Source: the human T2T-CHM13v2.0 reference genome, Homo sapiens
Length of the DNA stretch: 64,000 nucleotides
Assembly (NCBI RefSeq): GCF_009914755.1
Contig: NC_060931.1
Strand: one strand, 5' to 3'
Shown: positions 15,620 through 30,260 of the stretch, piece after piece
Layout of the letters: every line of letters starts with the position of its first letter
How positions within the stretch are numbered: the first letter of the stretch is position 1
Notes under the pieces: model-generated
Told to the model about the DNA's origin: nothing
Databases searched by the model: none
Seen by the model: the letters and a program-made list of their open reading frames with translations, nothing else
Position numbers and translations under genes: made by a program

Positions 15620-15869
15620 ACACATTTACTTGATTAAGGAAAATCTGCCTGTTTTATCAAAGGAGTACAATAGATTTCTCCAAGGCTCTTGGCACAAATC
15701 TTTTATAATTTGGATACTAGTTCTGATTTGTTCAGGGCAAGTCACTCTCTTTTTTTAAAAGTTAGCCTTAAAAAATAAAAGAAGACAAAAAAAGGCAAAA
15801 AGGGAGGTAAAGAAGACGGGTAGGATGAGGGGGAGGACAAAAGGAAGACTACACTTATTGATATAGGAG

Positions 15870-15984
15870 TTAAGATGAAATTACAAAAAAATTGCAAAAA
15901 AATCTCATAATGTTTTAAGAAAGTTTACAATTTTGTGTTGGGCCGCATTCAAAGCCGTCCTGGGCAGTGGGTAGGACAAGCTTG
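15870..15984 (+). mobile_element. MER30 (hAT-Charlie) 3' half
   Basis: aatctcataatgttttaagaaagtttac...gggccgcattcaaagccgtcctggg...ggacaagcttg. Confidence 0.85.
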
Positions 15985-16950
15985 ATCTAGAGGATGTCTT
16001 TATGAGGGTCCATCATAAACTCCAACCTAATTAAATACACGTACAAATAAGTCCAGTCTCTTATGCTTATATATCATTTTAAAGATAACAACAAAGTGAC
16101 TCAGAGAGTTGAAGTGATTTGTCCAAGGCAACGAATAATAAGTAATGTAGGTTGCATAGATGTGAATATTACTGCATTCAGCAGCTACAAAATAGTTTTT
16201 ACCTCAATTCAATGCAGCAATTTTTTGTTGTTGTTGAAGGGAGTGATTGGGGGTTACATTTCTGTTTTCTTACTTTGTATAAATAGTGATTTGTGGTGAT
16301 GTTTATTATATTCTATTACTCCTAGGAAACCTCATTAAAATATTTAGTGAAATTTCACAATCTGCTACAAGCACATAAATCAAAGTTTCTCAGTAGTAAT
16401 GATACATTCATTTTTGATCCTGTTACTCTTAAGCAGACATCTTGGTCAATCGATGAAGCATTTTGACACCAGTTCTTTGCCTAAGCTCATTTATACAATT
16501 GCAGACTTCTAAAGATATAATTTGTGAATTCCTCTAGGATTTATCACTTGATGAAGGGCCAGCATTTTAGTTCTTGAGTTTACTATTTCCCGTCTAGACA
16601 ACTACAGCATGATATTTTTTACATAGGTTTGCTGTTCTTCCACTTTTTTTTTCAGACTTTACAAATGATGCAGTTGCTTTTTAGCTCTATGAACTTCATC
16701 TAGTTAAAACTTTTTTTCAAATAATTACACATATTCCTGTAGGAGTCTTTTTCACTCCCTGATCCTTATCCTCAGTTCCCTTATTTTTCTCTACCAGATT
16801 ATATTTTTGTATGTTTCTGACTCTTTCCACAATTTACACCACATTTTGGTATAAATATGTAGTTGGACTAAACAATAGATATTTGAAAGCGAAATATATA
16901 TATATATATATTTTCGCTATATAAAAATTATATCCTTGCATTCTATTTAA

Positions 16951-17268
<318 letters not shown>

Positions 17269-18640
17269 TATTTTATTATTTTTAATAAAAGATATCCCTT
17301 TGCTCCCTTTTAAAAATATTAAAAGGATAGTAATATATTTTTTAAAACTTTAAAAAATATTGATCATAGTAATCTAAAAAAGATACTTCTCTGTAACATA
17401 AAGTCAGGAACGGTCGGACAACATTATTAATATCAACAGCATGGGCCAGTGAAGAATAATTTTCTAGATTTAGGGCATGTCAGAGCATAATTACAGATAA
17501 AAGTTGGTTATTCACTTATAAATTACTTGTTTTTATAACTGTATGAATTTAGATATGTCAGGAAAAGATAATGCTGTTTAATTACATGGCTGGTTTAGAA
17601 TAAATGAGCAGCTTCCTTAGGTGGTATCCTGGCATGTTCCTCTTACAGATATTTGCAGCTTTGTTCTATTCAATTCTACCTTGGCTACTTGTCACTAAAT
17701 GAAACACACCCATCATCGATATAGTTTGGTTTTGTGCATTCTTACTTCAGAGTTAATCTCAGTTTAACTCTAATTACAGGTTTATAACTAGAGAATCTAA
17801 TTTATTTTATGAGAACTCTGTCATGTGTACAACAATTCTGTTTGAAAGTCTTATATTACAAAATAACATAAAAGAAAAAGCATATAGGATTTTAATAAAA
17901 CTTTATATAAAATCTTGGTTGCTCTAACATAAATATTATCTAATAATAAACAATAGTACTTCATTTTACCATTTTAGCAAAACAGAAAAGAGATTAAACT
18001 TCAATTAGAAGAGAATTGTTAGCATTTTTTTTTTGAAAGGCAACTCCTCCACGAACTGATTGCCTCATAGTTATAGGTCAGAATGTCTGCTAAATCAACT
18101 TTTTTGACTGGTATTACTCACGTTATCTATGGAACGCTAATTATGTTTTAAAGAGGAAACCAATTAAATATAGTCTACACATCATTATTTTCACTTTGTG
18201 TTTTATTTCAAAAATTAATCTGTTTATAATTTAGGTTTCAAATTTTTTTCTATAAAAAAGAAAAAATTAATACTTTGTAATCACTAAGTTGATTTTGAAA
18301 TGCAATTAAAACAGATTTTATATATGTAATTTTCTACTCTCTAAAAAATTATCTCTTAAGCTCTGATTAAATGGAAAATGAAGTATACATTTGCATTTGA
18401 TTATACAGATAAGTGTTAAGCCCAGGTTTGTAGTACATAATTTAAAAAAAAACTTTATATAGTTCGTCTTCCATGGGATAAATTCAAATTTTTGGCAATT
18501 TTAGAACTGAGATAGAATGTTAGAATAAAGAAACATTTCTTATTTTTTGATAGCTATATTAACATTTTCCATCTTAATAAAATAAATGATTTAGTAACTA
18601 ATAAGCAGCCCTGTAATAAGGAGTAATAATTAAAATATTC

Positions 18641-18935
<295 letters not shown>

Positions 18936-19554
18936 AATTAAAATATTCAACAAGGAGAATGACATGAGCTTTTATCAATTAAGATAAAGAATAAAGTGCC
19001 ATATCAGAACAAAGTTCAGGAGTTAATGGCTTGTCAAAACTGAATTACAACCCTGTCTGCAATGGAAAATATAATTTTAGAATGTCATGGCCCATTTCTG
19101 GAGGCAGCCTATGGTGTAAAAAAATCAAAGTTTTCACTAATTCCTATGCATTTTACCACCCATGAACCAACTCCATATGTTTGCCTGTTCAAATTCCTAT
19201 TGTTCTTGGACTTACCCATCTTCCACAAACACTTTATTATGTTTCGCTCAGACTTCTTGTGTGCAACCTTGACATTTTTGGAGAGTTGTGATTTGGTTGC
19301 AAAGTGGTATGTAAAATAACCTTAAACTTGAGTATTATTTCCTTTTTCCTAGTAACACATTTTATTGGTATACTCTAGATGCATTTGGTTGATTCTGTTG
19401 TTTAACTTATGAAACACGTTAGATTTCAACTAGTGGTATCATTTGACTAAGACATGTGTCTTACTTACACTGGTGAAGCGATCCATTTATTAAATACTAA
19501 CCAAGGGCCTATTGTGAGTTTGGAAGAATAATGGTAAATGGGACAGATAATACA

Positions 19555-19783
19555 AATAGTTAACACTTAATAGCAGAATGGCTCCATGTCCCTTACATAT
19601 GATAAGTTCCCCTAATTATGACAATTCTATGAAGTTTTTATATGTCCTATGAGGTTACTAATGACAGCCATATGTTACTAATGAGCAAACTAAAGCACAG
19701 ATAAGTGATGCCCAAGGTGATCATCGAACTAGATTTTTGAACCTAACTGGTGGAGCTCCAGTCTATAATCTTAACCACTGTGC
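19555..19783 (-). mobile_element. MIR relic
   Basis: atgagcaaactaaagcacaga...gcccaaggt...tcttaaccactgtgc. Confidence 0.6.
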
Positions 19784-20588
19784 CTGGTTGCCCCTCTGGC
19801 TTTAAATAGAATATTTTCTGATACCTGGGAGATTTGACTGGTCCTTCAAAACTGAAAATTATAGGAAATAAGATCCTCTACATTAAAAAAGGAGATTCTA
19901 GTTACATACCAGTTGGACTTAAGTAGCAGACACAGTTCACCCATGTTCATAATACATAAGAGAGGATGAGAAACCTAAATGGGTGCCTCACTGAGGCATG
20001 AGTAGTCAGCTTAGTTGGGATACTGTGATATTTCCTTTTCTTGCCCCAGCTGCCACCTCAATGCAAATAAGGAGAACTCCAGAAGTGTGTCAGACTACCC
20101 ACTCCACCGTTGGATGCTTTCTAAACAGCAGAAACTCATTAGGCCACCTGTGTGTCTCCTAGGCCAGAGCATATTGAGATAACTCTCAAGAGGGCTTAAC
20201 AAGCATCCCCAGAATTCAGAGGATATTTGTGAACAAAGCATGTGGTGTCACTATCATTGAGGTCCATTGGGTGGGGTAACCCATGAAGTGCAAGAAGCCT
20301 GCACTCTCACGTGACATGTGAAAAATATGTAGGAGTTTCCCATTGGCCAGGTGAAATTGCTGCACAAATGGCCATGCTTAAACCATATTGATAGCATCCT
20401 ACACAATATGGCCACCTGTTGGGGGGGAACTCTGTCAGGTGTATTGCCAGGGGGTGGGAAACTATATGGAAGCATAAAATATGCAGATATTCACAGAAGC
20501 CTTAGAATCCATAAAAACAACCTGTGAAAGAGTTAGCCTTTGGGGCCTGACACACAGAGTGCTCAGATGATTAAAAAAAGCCAATCAT

Positions 20589-21230
<642 letters not shown>

Positions 21231-21559
21231 AAAGCCAATTGCAAAAGATATTTCCTCATTTTTTGCTCAAAATATACTGGAAGAAGAAGTGAGACATAGA
21301 AGCAGAGGGTGAGGACTTGTTCTTACAACTGAAATTTATAGCAAAGATTCTCTCCAAGGCTGGGAAATGATATCAGAGATGTTTTACAGCACTGGTTTGG
21401 AGGGAAAAAAGTGGGCAGCCATTTCTTATTTGTAATCCCATTGGATTCAGTCCACATGTTAATAGGTTTGGAAAATCATGACACCCCTCTTCCTATAGTT
21501 GCCCAAGTCATTTCAATATAATGCAAGAAGTGAAAAGAAGTATATGATTTTATTAAGAG

Positions 21560-21900
21560 GAGAGGTACCTAAAAAGTGAGATTATAAAAGAAATTTATAT
21601 CTAAATTGGACCTTAAGTATGAATCTATTAGCCAGGTAAAACATGAAAGAGATGGAGTGACGAATTGCAATTAGTGTTCCAGGTAGAGGGAATTCTGCTC
21701 AGGAAGATTTCTATCTTAGTGAAAACTTGACACTGAAGCAATTTAGTCCAATAAGAACATGAATTTCTGGAGAAACGTGGCTCTTCAAAATGTTTTGTGG
21801 AGAGGTATGAGAAATGCAAGTGGGCAAAAAGTATCATAGCAAAGAGTGATTTTAAAGCCATGTTCAAAAGTTTGGACTTAAATCATTTTATTAATTCTGA
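21560..21900 (-). mobile_element. L2 relic
   Basis: Degenerate ttccaggtagagggaa...aagccatgtt...gtttggactt pattern. Confidence 0.4.
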
Positions 21901-21955
21901 AGAAGTTATTTTGCTTTCCTATAATTTTCATCAGCTTGCTCCCCAACAATACTCC

Positions 21956-22415
21956 TGTCAAAGAAAAAAACATTATTCAATGATGCTTGTTAAAGCATAG
22001 TAAGAAAGACTTTATTAAGGTCCATTGCTATAGGTTTGGGGACCACTGCAATGGAATTTCGCAGTAGGGGAGAAAGATTCGGCTTAACTCAGAATACAGC
22101 ATGGACAAGTGGGAATTTACAGCCAAGGAGCAGGGTGGGGGCCAGTGGATGGAAAATTACTAAGAGGAAACATTATGAGTAAGGGAGGATTCTGGATAAA
22201 CCAACGTAACAGAATTCTTGTTGAAGACAGGTCGGCATGATCAGACATCACTTGGGGCATGGGAGAGAATGAGGAACCTGATTGGATATAGAGGGTGTTC
22301 AGATACCTTAGCAGATAGATGTCTTTCTAAAATTGGACTTTACAAGAATGTGTACAGATGGGCCTAGGAGAAGTTTCAGAAGCCTGACTAATGTTTGGCC
22401 AAAGAATCTTTGTCA
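21956..22415 (-). mobile_element. MER31-family ERV1 solo LTR
   Basis: tgtc...tgtca termini; TSD actcc; ggatggaaaattactaagaggaaac motif. Confidence 0.8.
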
Positions 22416-23466
22416 ACTCCCAAAACACTGTAAAATTGCTATTCTAATGAATCTTCAAGCCTCACTTCCTTTCCAACCAAATAGCTGTCTCTAAGCTTGT
22501 TTCTTAGAGAAATTCCGGATACACTCTGTAAATATTATAAAAACTAACGTTGTATATACATGTATATTTACAGTATACGAATACAACTTACATTTCATTG
22601 AATTATGCTGTTTTTGCATTTTTTAAGGTCCTTTAGTGTCCTGTTTTATTTTAACCAAAATAAAAGTGTCGTAAAAACAACTTGATACACCTGGGTAAAT
22701 GATTTGAATTAATAAAAGCCTGTAACATGTTTACTAATGCACCTAAACATCAGATCCTCAGCCCCTTCCTATATCTATGTAAGATGCTCATTAATAGCAG
22801 CTACTGCCCTTGCATTTATTCCCAAGGCTTATGAATAACAAGCAGTTACCTCATTTTGTTTAGCATATAATGCATGGCTCTTGACCATTTTCTGGGGAGT
22901 TATTTGACTCACATTATACAAGTTTCAGAAACACTAACAAAGATTTACATTGAGTGAATACCCAAGGGCCTAGATAAACCAACAGCTAAGTTGAGTTATT
23001 ACTTAAGTATTATTTAACAAAATTATACTTGCATGACCTGGGAATACTTTGAAGTGGTGGTTTGATATAGAGGACAGCTATTGTGCTACTTGCTTAAATC
23101 TTTTTCAAAGAAAAATGAAGTCATATAAGGAAAAACAATCGCTATAACCAGACAACCATCGCCACAACCTGGGGATACAATGAACCTTCTTTTCTAGGTG
23201 GAATTATACATTTGGAGAGGACAATTCTTTTTCTGCTGTATAAGAAACTGAGACTGTTAGAGATAGAGATATCTCTACAAATTTGTAAATTCCACAGGAA
23301 TGAATTATGCCATTATGTTTTATTCAGAGATTTAAAAAGGTACATTTTTCCCTAGGGTATATATATTTTATCCCAAATTATACTTTCAAATATGTATTGA
23401 ATCATTATCTAAATACTAGAATTTTTAGTTTTGAAATATGTAATTACCTCATTTGAGGATTACAAT

Positions 23467-23771
23467 TTTTTCTTTTTTTCGTTTTGTTTTGAGACGGAGT
23501 CTTGCTCTGTCGCCCAGGCTGGAGTGCAGCGGCGCCATCTCCGCTTACTGCAAGGTGCGCCTCCCGGGTTCACGCCATTCTCCTGCCTCAGCCTCCTGAG
23601 TAGCTGGGACTACAGGCGCCCGCCACCATGCCTGGCTAATTTTTTGTATTTTTAGTAGAGACAGGGTTTCACCGTGTTAGCCAGGATGGTCTTGATCTCC
23701 TGACCTCGTGATCTGCCCGCCCCGGCCTCCCAAAGTGCTGGGATTACAGGCGTGAGCCACGGCGCTCGGTG
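23467..23771 (-). mobile_element. AluY SINE
   Basis: AluY diagnostics; TSD gaggattacaat. Confidence 0.95.
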
Positions 23772-24610
23772 GAGGATTACAATATTAACAGTTGCTTTTA
23801 TTTATCACATAATGGAGAATGTTGAACACAACATGTTTTTCTCTTGGAAGACTCTGTGGCTGATCTGCTGCTACCTTTTAATTGGTATTCTTTTGCAAAG
23901 ACGAGTTCGAATCGAAAGACAAACATTGAAAGTCCATTATGACATATTTACCTGCTGAAAAAGAATGGGTGACTATCTTAAATATAATTTACCATTGAGG
24001 GTAGAAAACATTTTACAATAAGAAATTAATGGGAAAATAGATAAATTTACAAATATTGACATTTTTAAAGAACACAATTCTCAGAATATCACATTCATGA
24101 ACTCTTCAGTAAAACAGCTAATAGCTTTAATGTAAGCACATTAATAATCTGTACCCAGTGACTACGTATGGTAAATATTAGATATTCTAATAGAAAACAG
24201 AATAATGTGAAGCATTGATTTCTTAATTTCCCAAAGGTCTACGAATGAATATTATTATCTCTTTGTGATGTCTACCTATAAGTTGGAGTTAAAAAAATTC
24301 TTTTCTGACTGCAAATATCAAATAAAATAGCATATAAGCGATACATATTTTATATAGAATTCCTACTTTTAAAATATTCTTAGTTTTGTCAATAGCTAAT
24401 TCTGCTTAGTTGCAGTTTATTTTTTAAACACAGATATTCTAAGTAATATTGAATTTGACATCTCATAAGATTATTTAGAATTTCATTTTTTCCTAGAAAT
24501 AGACAATGAACAATTACAGAAAATAAACAAAATTCATTTTTAAATAATCAGTTGCTACCTCTAATTTCCACCTCTGTAAGAAATTTCAGCCTCTATAAGA
24601 AAACACATAC

Positions 24611-24820
24611 ACTTTGGAGCAAGGAAGAATATAGCTTATATCCTAGCTGTGCCACTTAGATGCTGGGTGATAAGGGCAATTACATATTTTCTCTGACTCT
24701 CATTTTCCTCATCAGTTAAATTTATATAATAACACTAGCTACTGGGATTTCTGTGAGAATTAAATTCACAAAGTTCTTGGTGTAGTGCTTGGCACAAATA
24801 CTTAATGTATGGTACTACTG
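24611..24820 (+). mobile_element. MIR relic
   Basis: atcctagctgtgccactta...ttttcctcatc...gtgagaattaaat core. Confidence 0.7.
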
Positions 24821-25200
24821 CTTTCCTTCTGAGATGGAAGCACATGTGAAATAGCAAGGTTTGCTCATTATGTATTGGAAAATGTACTAGCAGATGCAAC
24901 AATGAACAATCTATTAGGTAGAAAGACTAACATAAGGACATTAGGAAGAAAGATTTTCAAACATTTATGGATACATTCTCAAATGATGCTAATAAATGTG
25001 TGAGTGGATGCAGTATTTTCAAATATATTGATTTATACTATATAGTTCATACTGATATAAATATTTTTCCTACTCATAATGAAACTTTAGTTCATTTAAT
25101 AACAACCTTCAGAATAGTTATATTTTTAGTAACTATGCCAATGCACTGTATATACTAAGCCATTCTGCATATTTTTACTGAGCATATGCTTCTTAATCTA

Positions 25201-25373
25201 ATCACAACAGTAAAAATGTTACACAAATATTCATATATTATTTACTTATTTACATCATATCTTTCCCTATAATGTTATCACAATAGTAAAAATATTACAC
25301 AAATATGTATATATTTATTTACTTATTTACATCATATCTTTCCCTATCTATCTATCTATCTATCTATCTATCT
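25201..25373. repeat. ~77-bp tandem duplication followed by (CTAT)n
   Basis: Copies at 25201-25270 and 25277-25347; tetranucleotide run to 25373. Confidence 0.9.
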
Positions 25374-26029
25374 GTATTTTGCTAGCTTTCAATATTTTGT
25401 TAAAGATAGACATACAACTATTGGTAGCTGTTATAGTTAGAATAATATAAAAGTAACTTTCACTTCAAACCATCTTATAATATATTTTGCAATATAAATG
25501 CATGCTTAGAACAAGGTAGAGTTTGTGTGGTTTTATTCCAAATTTTCAAGAAATCTGAAAATTTACTGCTGAACTCAAAGCCAACCTTGATATTAACTGA
25601 TTCAAATTCAGAACCTCTGTTCCCTGTCAAATTCTCAAGTAATGCCTACATTATTAGTTTTGAAACTCAGATGAATGTCTTTTAAAACATACTAGAAATT
25701 CTGCTAGTGACACGAGGAACCAGATGGAGGAGGAGAAGGAGAAGAGCAGGGGAAGGAAGAGGAGGAAGAAAAGGAAAAAGAGAAGAAGAAAAGCTCTACA
25801 AATTCCCTTTCTTTTTTTTTTTTTTCCAGAGCTGGATTTAGATATTGAGTTATAAAACACTTTAGATCCACAGACTTCTGACATCAAATTTCTGATAGTT
25901 CTACTTATCTGTCTGTACAATATTTAAACCTCTCCTTAAATTCCTATTTTCCCCTTTTATTTCCTCAAATTTCCTTGAGAAATAAAATAATCCTTTCATT
26001 TTATTCTGTTTTTTAAAAAAAAACAAATA

Positions 26030-26447
26030 AAAGATATAGATATTTTTGCTGTACATCTGATTTTTTGACACATTCATATAATTTGCAGGAATCAAATCAG
26101 GGTAATTAGGATATTCATCGCCTTTAACGTTTATCTTTTCTTTTTGCTGGCAACAGTCCAATAATTCTCTACTAAATATTTTGAAATATACAATAGATTT
26201 TTGTAAACTGTAGGCACTCTACTGATTTATCAAACACTAAATCTTATTCATTCTATCTACCTGTGTTTTTGTACCCATTAATCAATCTTTCTATAGTCCC
26301 TCCAACCCCCCACAATTCCAAGCCTTTGGTAATCACCAAACTACTCTCTATCTTTATGAGATCCACTTTCTTGGTTTCCATATGTGAGTGAGAACATGAA
26401 ATATTTGTCTTTCTGTTTCTGGCTTATTCAATTAACATAATGACTTT
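26030..26447 (-). mobile_element. L1MA 3' fragment
   Basis: atcaaatcagggtaatt...tattttgaaatatacaata...gagtgagaacatg...ttaacataatgac. Confidence 0.85.
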
Positions 26448-27992
26448 TGTAATCCCTCCATTTCTAAATTCCTATCCTTTACAATGGTATCATAGTTCAG
26501 GTTTTCACACTTCCCATTTGGAATTATCCAGTTTTCTTTTCCAATTTACTAGGCATGCAGTTCTTAGTTCCAGTGATTTTTCAACACAAATATTAGAATA
26601 AATATAAAAATACGATTCCAAATTTGCTTTTGTTTTAGTCTCAACAGATTTGGGGAAAGTATTTATTTTAAATAACAAGAAACATAGTTTTAAAAATCAA
26701 ACATGACATTTCTAATTGAGGAGGAGGAGTCTAAAGGCAGCAATCTGAGTTTGACCTATTTCTGTTTTAATAGGAGATATGTACTGACATGTTAAAAATT
26801 TGTCTATAGATACAACTCCTTAAATAAAAACAAGACCACCATAAATTAACAATATTATTTTATGTCATAAATGCTGACTAATTTCTGCCAAATATATTTT
26901 GTATTAATTTTGAGACAACCAAAAATTGTTTGCTTAAAAATTCCTTTTACAAAAGAGCAGATCAAAGAGCTTTTCTTACTTACTATTGAATTATTTTGAT
27001 CAATATTTGTGTAAATGTAGTACTATCTGATTCTCTCTCCATAGTGGTGAGAAATAGTCATGTTCAAATAAGTCAGTATTATTCACAGGTTTAGCAGAGG
27101 TACATGGCTATAGCAATTGTGTGTGATAGGATATGCCAATTAATTTGGTAACTGTGGTCACTGGGCGTGACAGTTTAGATTGGGAAAGTTTATTTGCCTT
27201 GGATGACAAAAAAAAAAAAAAAAAGAGAGAGAAACAAAAAAAGAAAAGAAAGAAAGTGATCCTGAAAGTGATCCAGAGCTACTTGAGAATGAGGAGAATC
27301 AATAAAAGGGAAAACCATCAACAACATAAATTACACTTTTCTTAAGTGCTTGCTTTTCAGGTGCAATTCCAATAATGGCAGCAAATGACTTGCCAATATT
27401 ACTGTGAAAGAACAGGGTCAACGGTCACTCTACTATTTATCCTCAATCTCTATCTGCCATAAAGAAAAGACTGCTCTTTTAGAACCCAGGGTTTAAAACT
27501 ATGTCCCTCAATATTGCTAGGTATTCTCACTTTGTTTTTTTTTCTCTAAAAATATGGACAAAATATATATCTGAGAAAAACTGCCTGGGGGTTAGTGTGA
27601 ATTCATAGGGATGTCTTTGAAGACATAGCACTATTTGGAGACCATCAAATGTATAAACCAGCAGCAGAGGTTTAAAAAAATGGATTTACAGTATTGTAAA
27701 TTGCTGAATTACTTTAAATATGCTTGAGATAGTTCAACAAATTTTACTTACAGTTATAGGATGGGGAGTTGTGAAAGAGTTGATATATCACCATAAATAA
27801 TATATAAATAATACACATTCTGCTCTTAAGGGTCTAATAGTCCAGTAAAAGAGAAAGTACCTACATTACTAAATATAATGCAAGTTTGTTGTGTTCAATT
27901 ATTGTGGTCAAGCCGATAAGTCCAGTGGAGTGGAGGAGAAGGATTCCTAGGTGATGAGACATTTGTCTTGCAGTGATTGCATTTCATCAAGG

Positions 27993-27993
<1 letters not shown>

Positions 27994-28030
<37 letters not shown>
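27994..28030. repeat. (TG)n microsatellite
   Basis: Pure TG run. Confidence 0.95.
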
Positions 28031-28032
<2 letters not shown>

Positions 28033-29919
28033 CAGTAAGACATAATAAATTGAAAACTCAGAGAAGATGGTGAAAATAGATTTGAAGTATGATCTCCCAT
28101 AGTCAGAAAGGCCCATTTAAAGGATACTACAAATGAAATTATGAGAGTCCAATTGATGTATTTTCTAATTATGAGAGCAAGGTCCTTTTAAGTTATATAA
28201 GGTAAATGGAAATGTAACTTTAGGGTTTCAAGGGGTTTGAATTCTGTGTCTTGTTGTAGCATACTCTCCACTATTCTGTGTTCCCCAGCCTGCTGTGATT
28301 TCACAGATCTTAAAGGCAAATATCACAGTTACATTGTTCTCCTTCTTGTAAACTCTGTGAACCACACAGCAATGCATATTTATCCTTGTCTGTTTCCTGC
28401 CACACAGGCCTGCTCTGTTCTCTTTCCTCTCCCCCCACCACTGACATCCAGATGCACAGGGGCACACGCACGCACCCACGCTCAAGAAAGATTTATGTTT
28501 CTGCTTGATGACTACCTATTAAATACAGCCTTTGGCTAGATGAAGATCACTAAAACATACACAGAGTAGAAAACATTTATATAAAGAGAAGCAACGTCAA
28601 GTTCAGAAAGTTAATGCTAGAAGCTAGCCATCCGAATAGGATTAGCTTAGTTTCAGTGGATATTTTTCATTCAGATATTAAACTCTCTTTCCCCCTGTGA
28701 AGATTATTATTTTGCACTCCAAACATCTAGAGCTAACTGAACAAAATAAGCTACTTGTCTAGACGTTGCCTAATAGACCACGGGGAAAGGGGAGCGAAAA
28801 CGGAGAAGGTTTGCAGCAGCAGAAATATCTGGACAATCAGTTAAATACTTATATGATGAAACGTTTTCAGAAAAAAGAAAAGTATTGATTACACTCAACA
28901 TGTACTTTCTGTGGAGGATTATTTGACTAGTTTATATTCAAAATAAAGCACACGACAATTTAAAACTTGTTTATTTATAAAAATGATGCATTCCTAATTT
29001 TGGAGAGACTTGAGTAATTTAGGTATAATTATGGTAAGCAGTGGACACACAATAAAGTGAATTTACAGAAAAGAAAAAAATATGCTGCTTAACTCTGCTA
29101 TTATATTTGCACCCTAAGTAGAATAGACTAGAATTTGCAGGAAACACAGAGGTTCACTAAAACTAATTCCATTTCCTATCAATGTTGTTCCAAAAATCTT
29201 CAAGTGGTCAGAAAGATTTCAGAAATATAGTAGAACTTGTATGTACACCTCATTGAATTTTAATTCCTATCACAAGTCCCACCCTTACAGTATCCCTGCC
29301 CTTTACAAAGATAACAATAACTACTTTCTTATTCTGTGCATTTTCCAACACTCTTTTGTCATTTGTAAGACAGAAGAGTCTTTTATCATATACAAGACTG
29401 GAAGAGTCTTTTATGTTAATTAATGCCTGAGTAGGAATAGCGTCACCTCCTTTACTTCAAAACAGGAGAATTATCTGGTAGATGAACTGGAGAACTTTTA
29501 TTGTGGAAAACTGCAGTAAAAAGTGAGGTGTGGTAGTGCCAGAAACAGAGACCCCATATCTAAAATACATAGTAAGTTTCAGAGAATATATCTTAAAATG
29601 AGAGGGAAAGAAGAGTGAGACAAGAAAGAGTGGCTGGGGATAGGGGAGCTTGGAGTGTGGATGAAGAATTAATTGGGAGATGATGGAAGTTGTATCTCTC
29701 TCTATCCTCTCTCTCTGCTTCTCATCCTGTGTGTGTGTGTGTGTATGTGTGTGTAAGAAAGAGAAAATAGGCTTTTTAAAAATGTTGCTGTGCTAATATC
29801 CTTATTTTGCATTTTCAAGAAACGTCACAAAGCTTTTAGGCCTTTGACTACTATATCATAATGAAACAGAATTTTAGGTAACTTGACTTTATGTTGGCTA
29901 CATCTGTAAATGCCATATT

Positions 29920-30260
29920 TAGGTGTATTAAAGAATATTTTTAAAAGATAAAATCACCAGGCATACAGATATGAAATAAACATGTGCCAAATATTTTATT
30001 TAACTCATTAATTAATAAGGGATTCAGTAAGATGTTACAACATAGGTAAATCAGGAATGACAAAAAGAATTTAAAAATAGATGTAAAACTGGCTTTTTTT
30101 TTTTTCCGCAAAGAGAAGGGGAATTAATTGATTGTCTCTTCACTGGAGAGAATTCATTTTAATAATATGCAGCGCTCTCAGCTGATGGAGACAGCCTGGA
30201 GGTGTAAGCTAGTCAGGACAGTAATACTTTTTGCCCATTTCAAAGTCTTTTACGATTTTT
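29920..30260. mobile_element. Old ERV1 LTR (LTR37-like)
   Basis: atttaactcattaattaataagggattcagtaagatgtta resembles LTR37; boundaries approximate. Confidence 0.45.
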
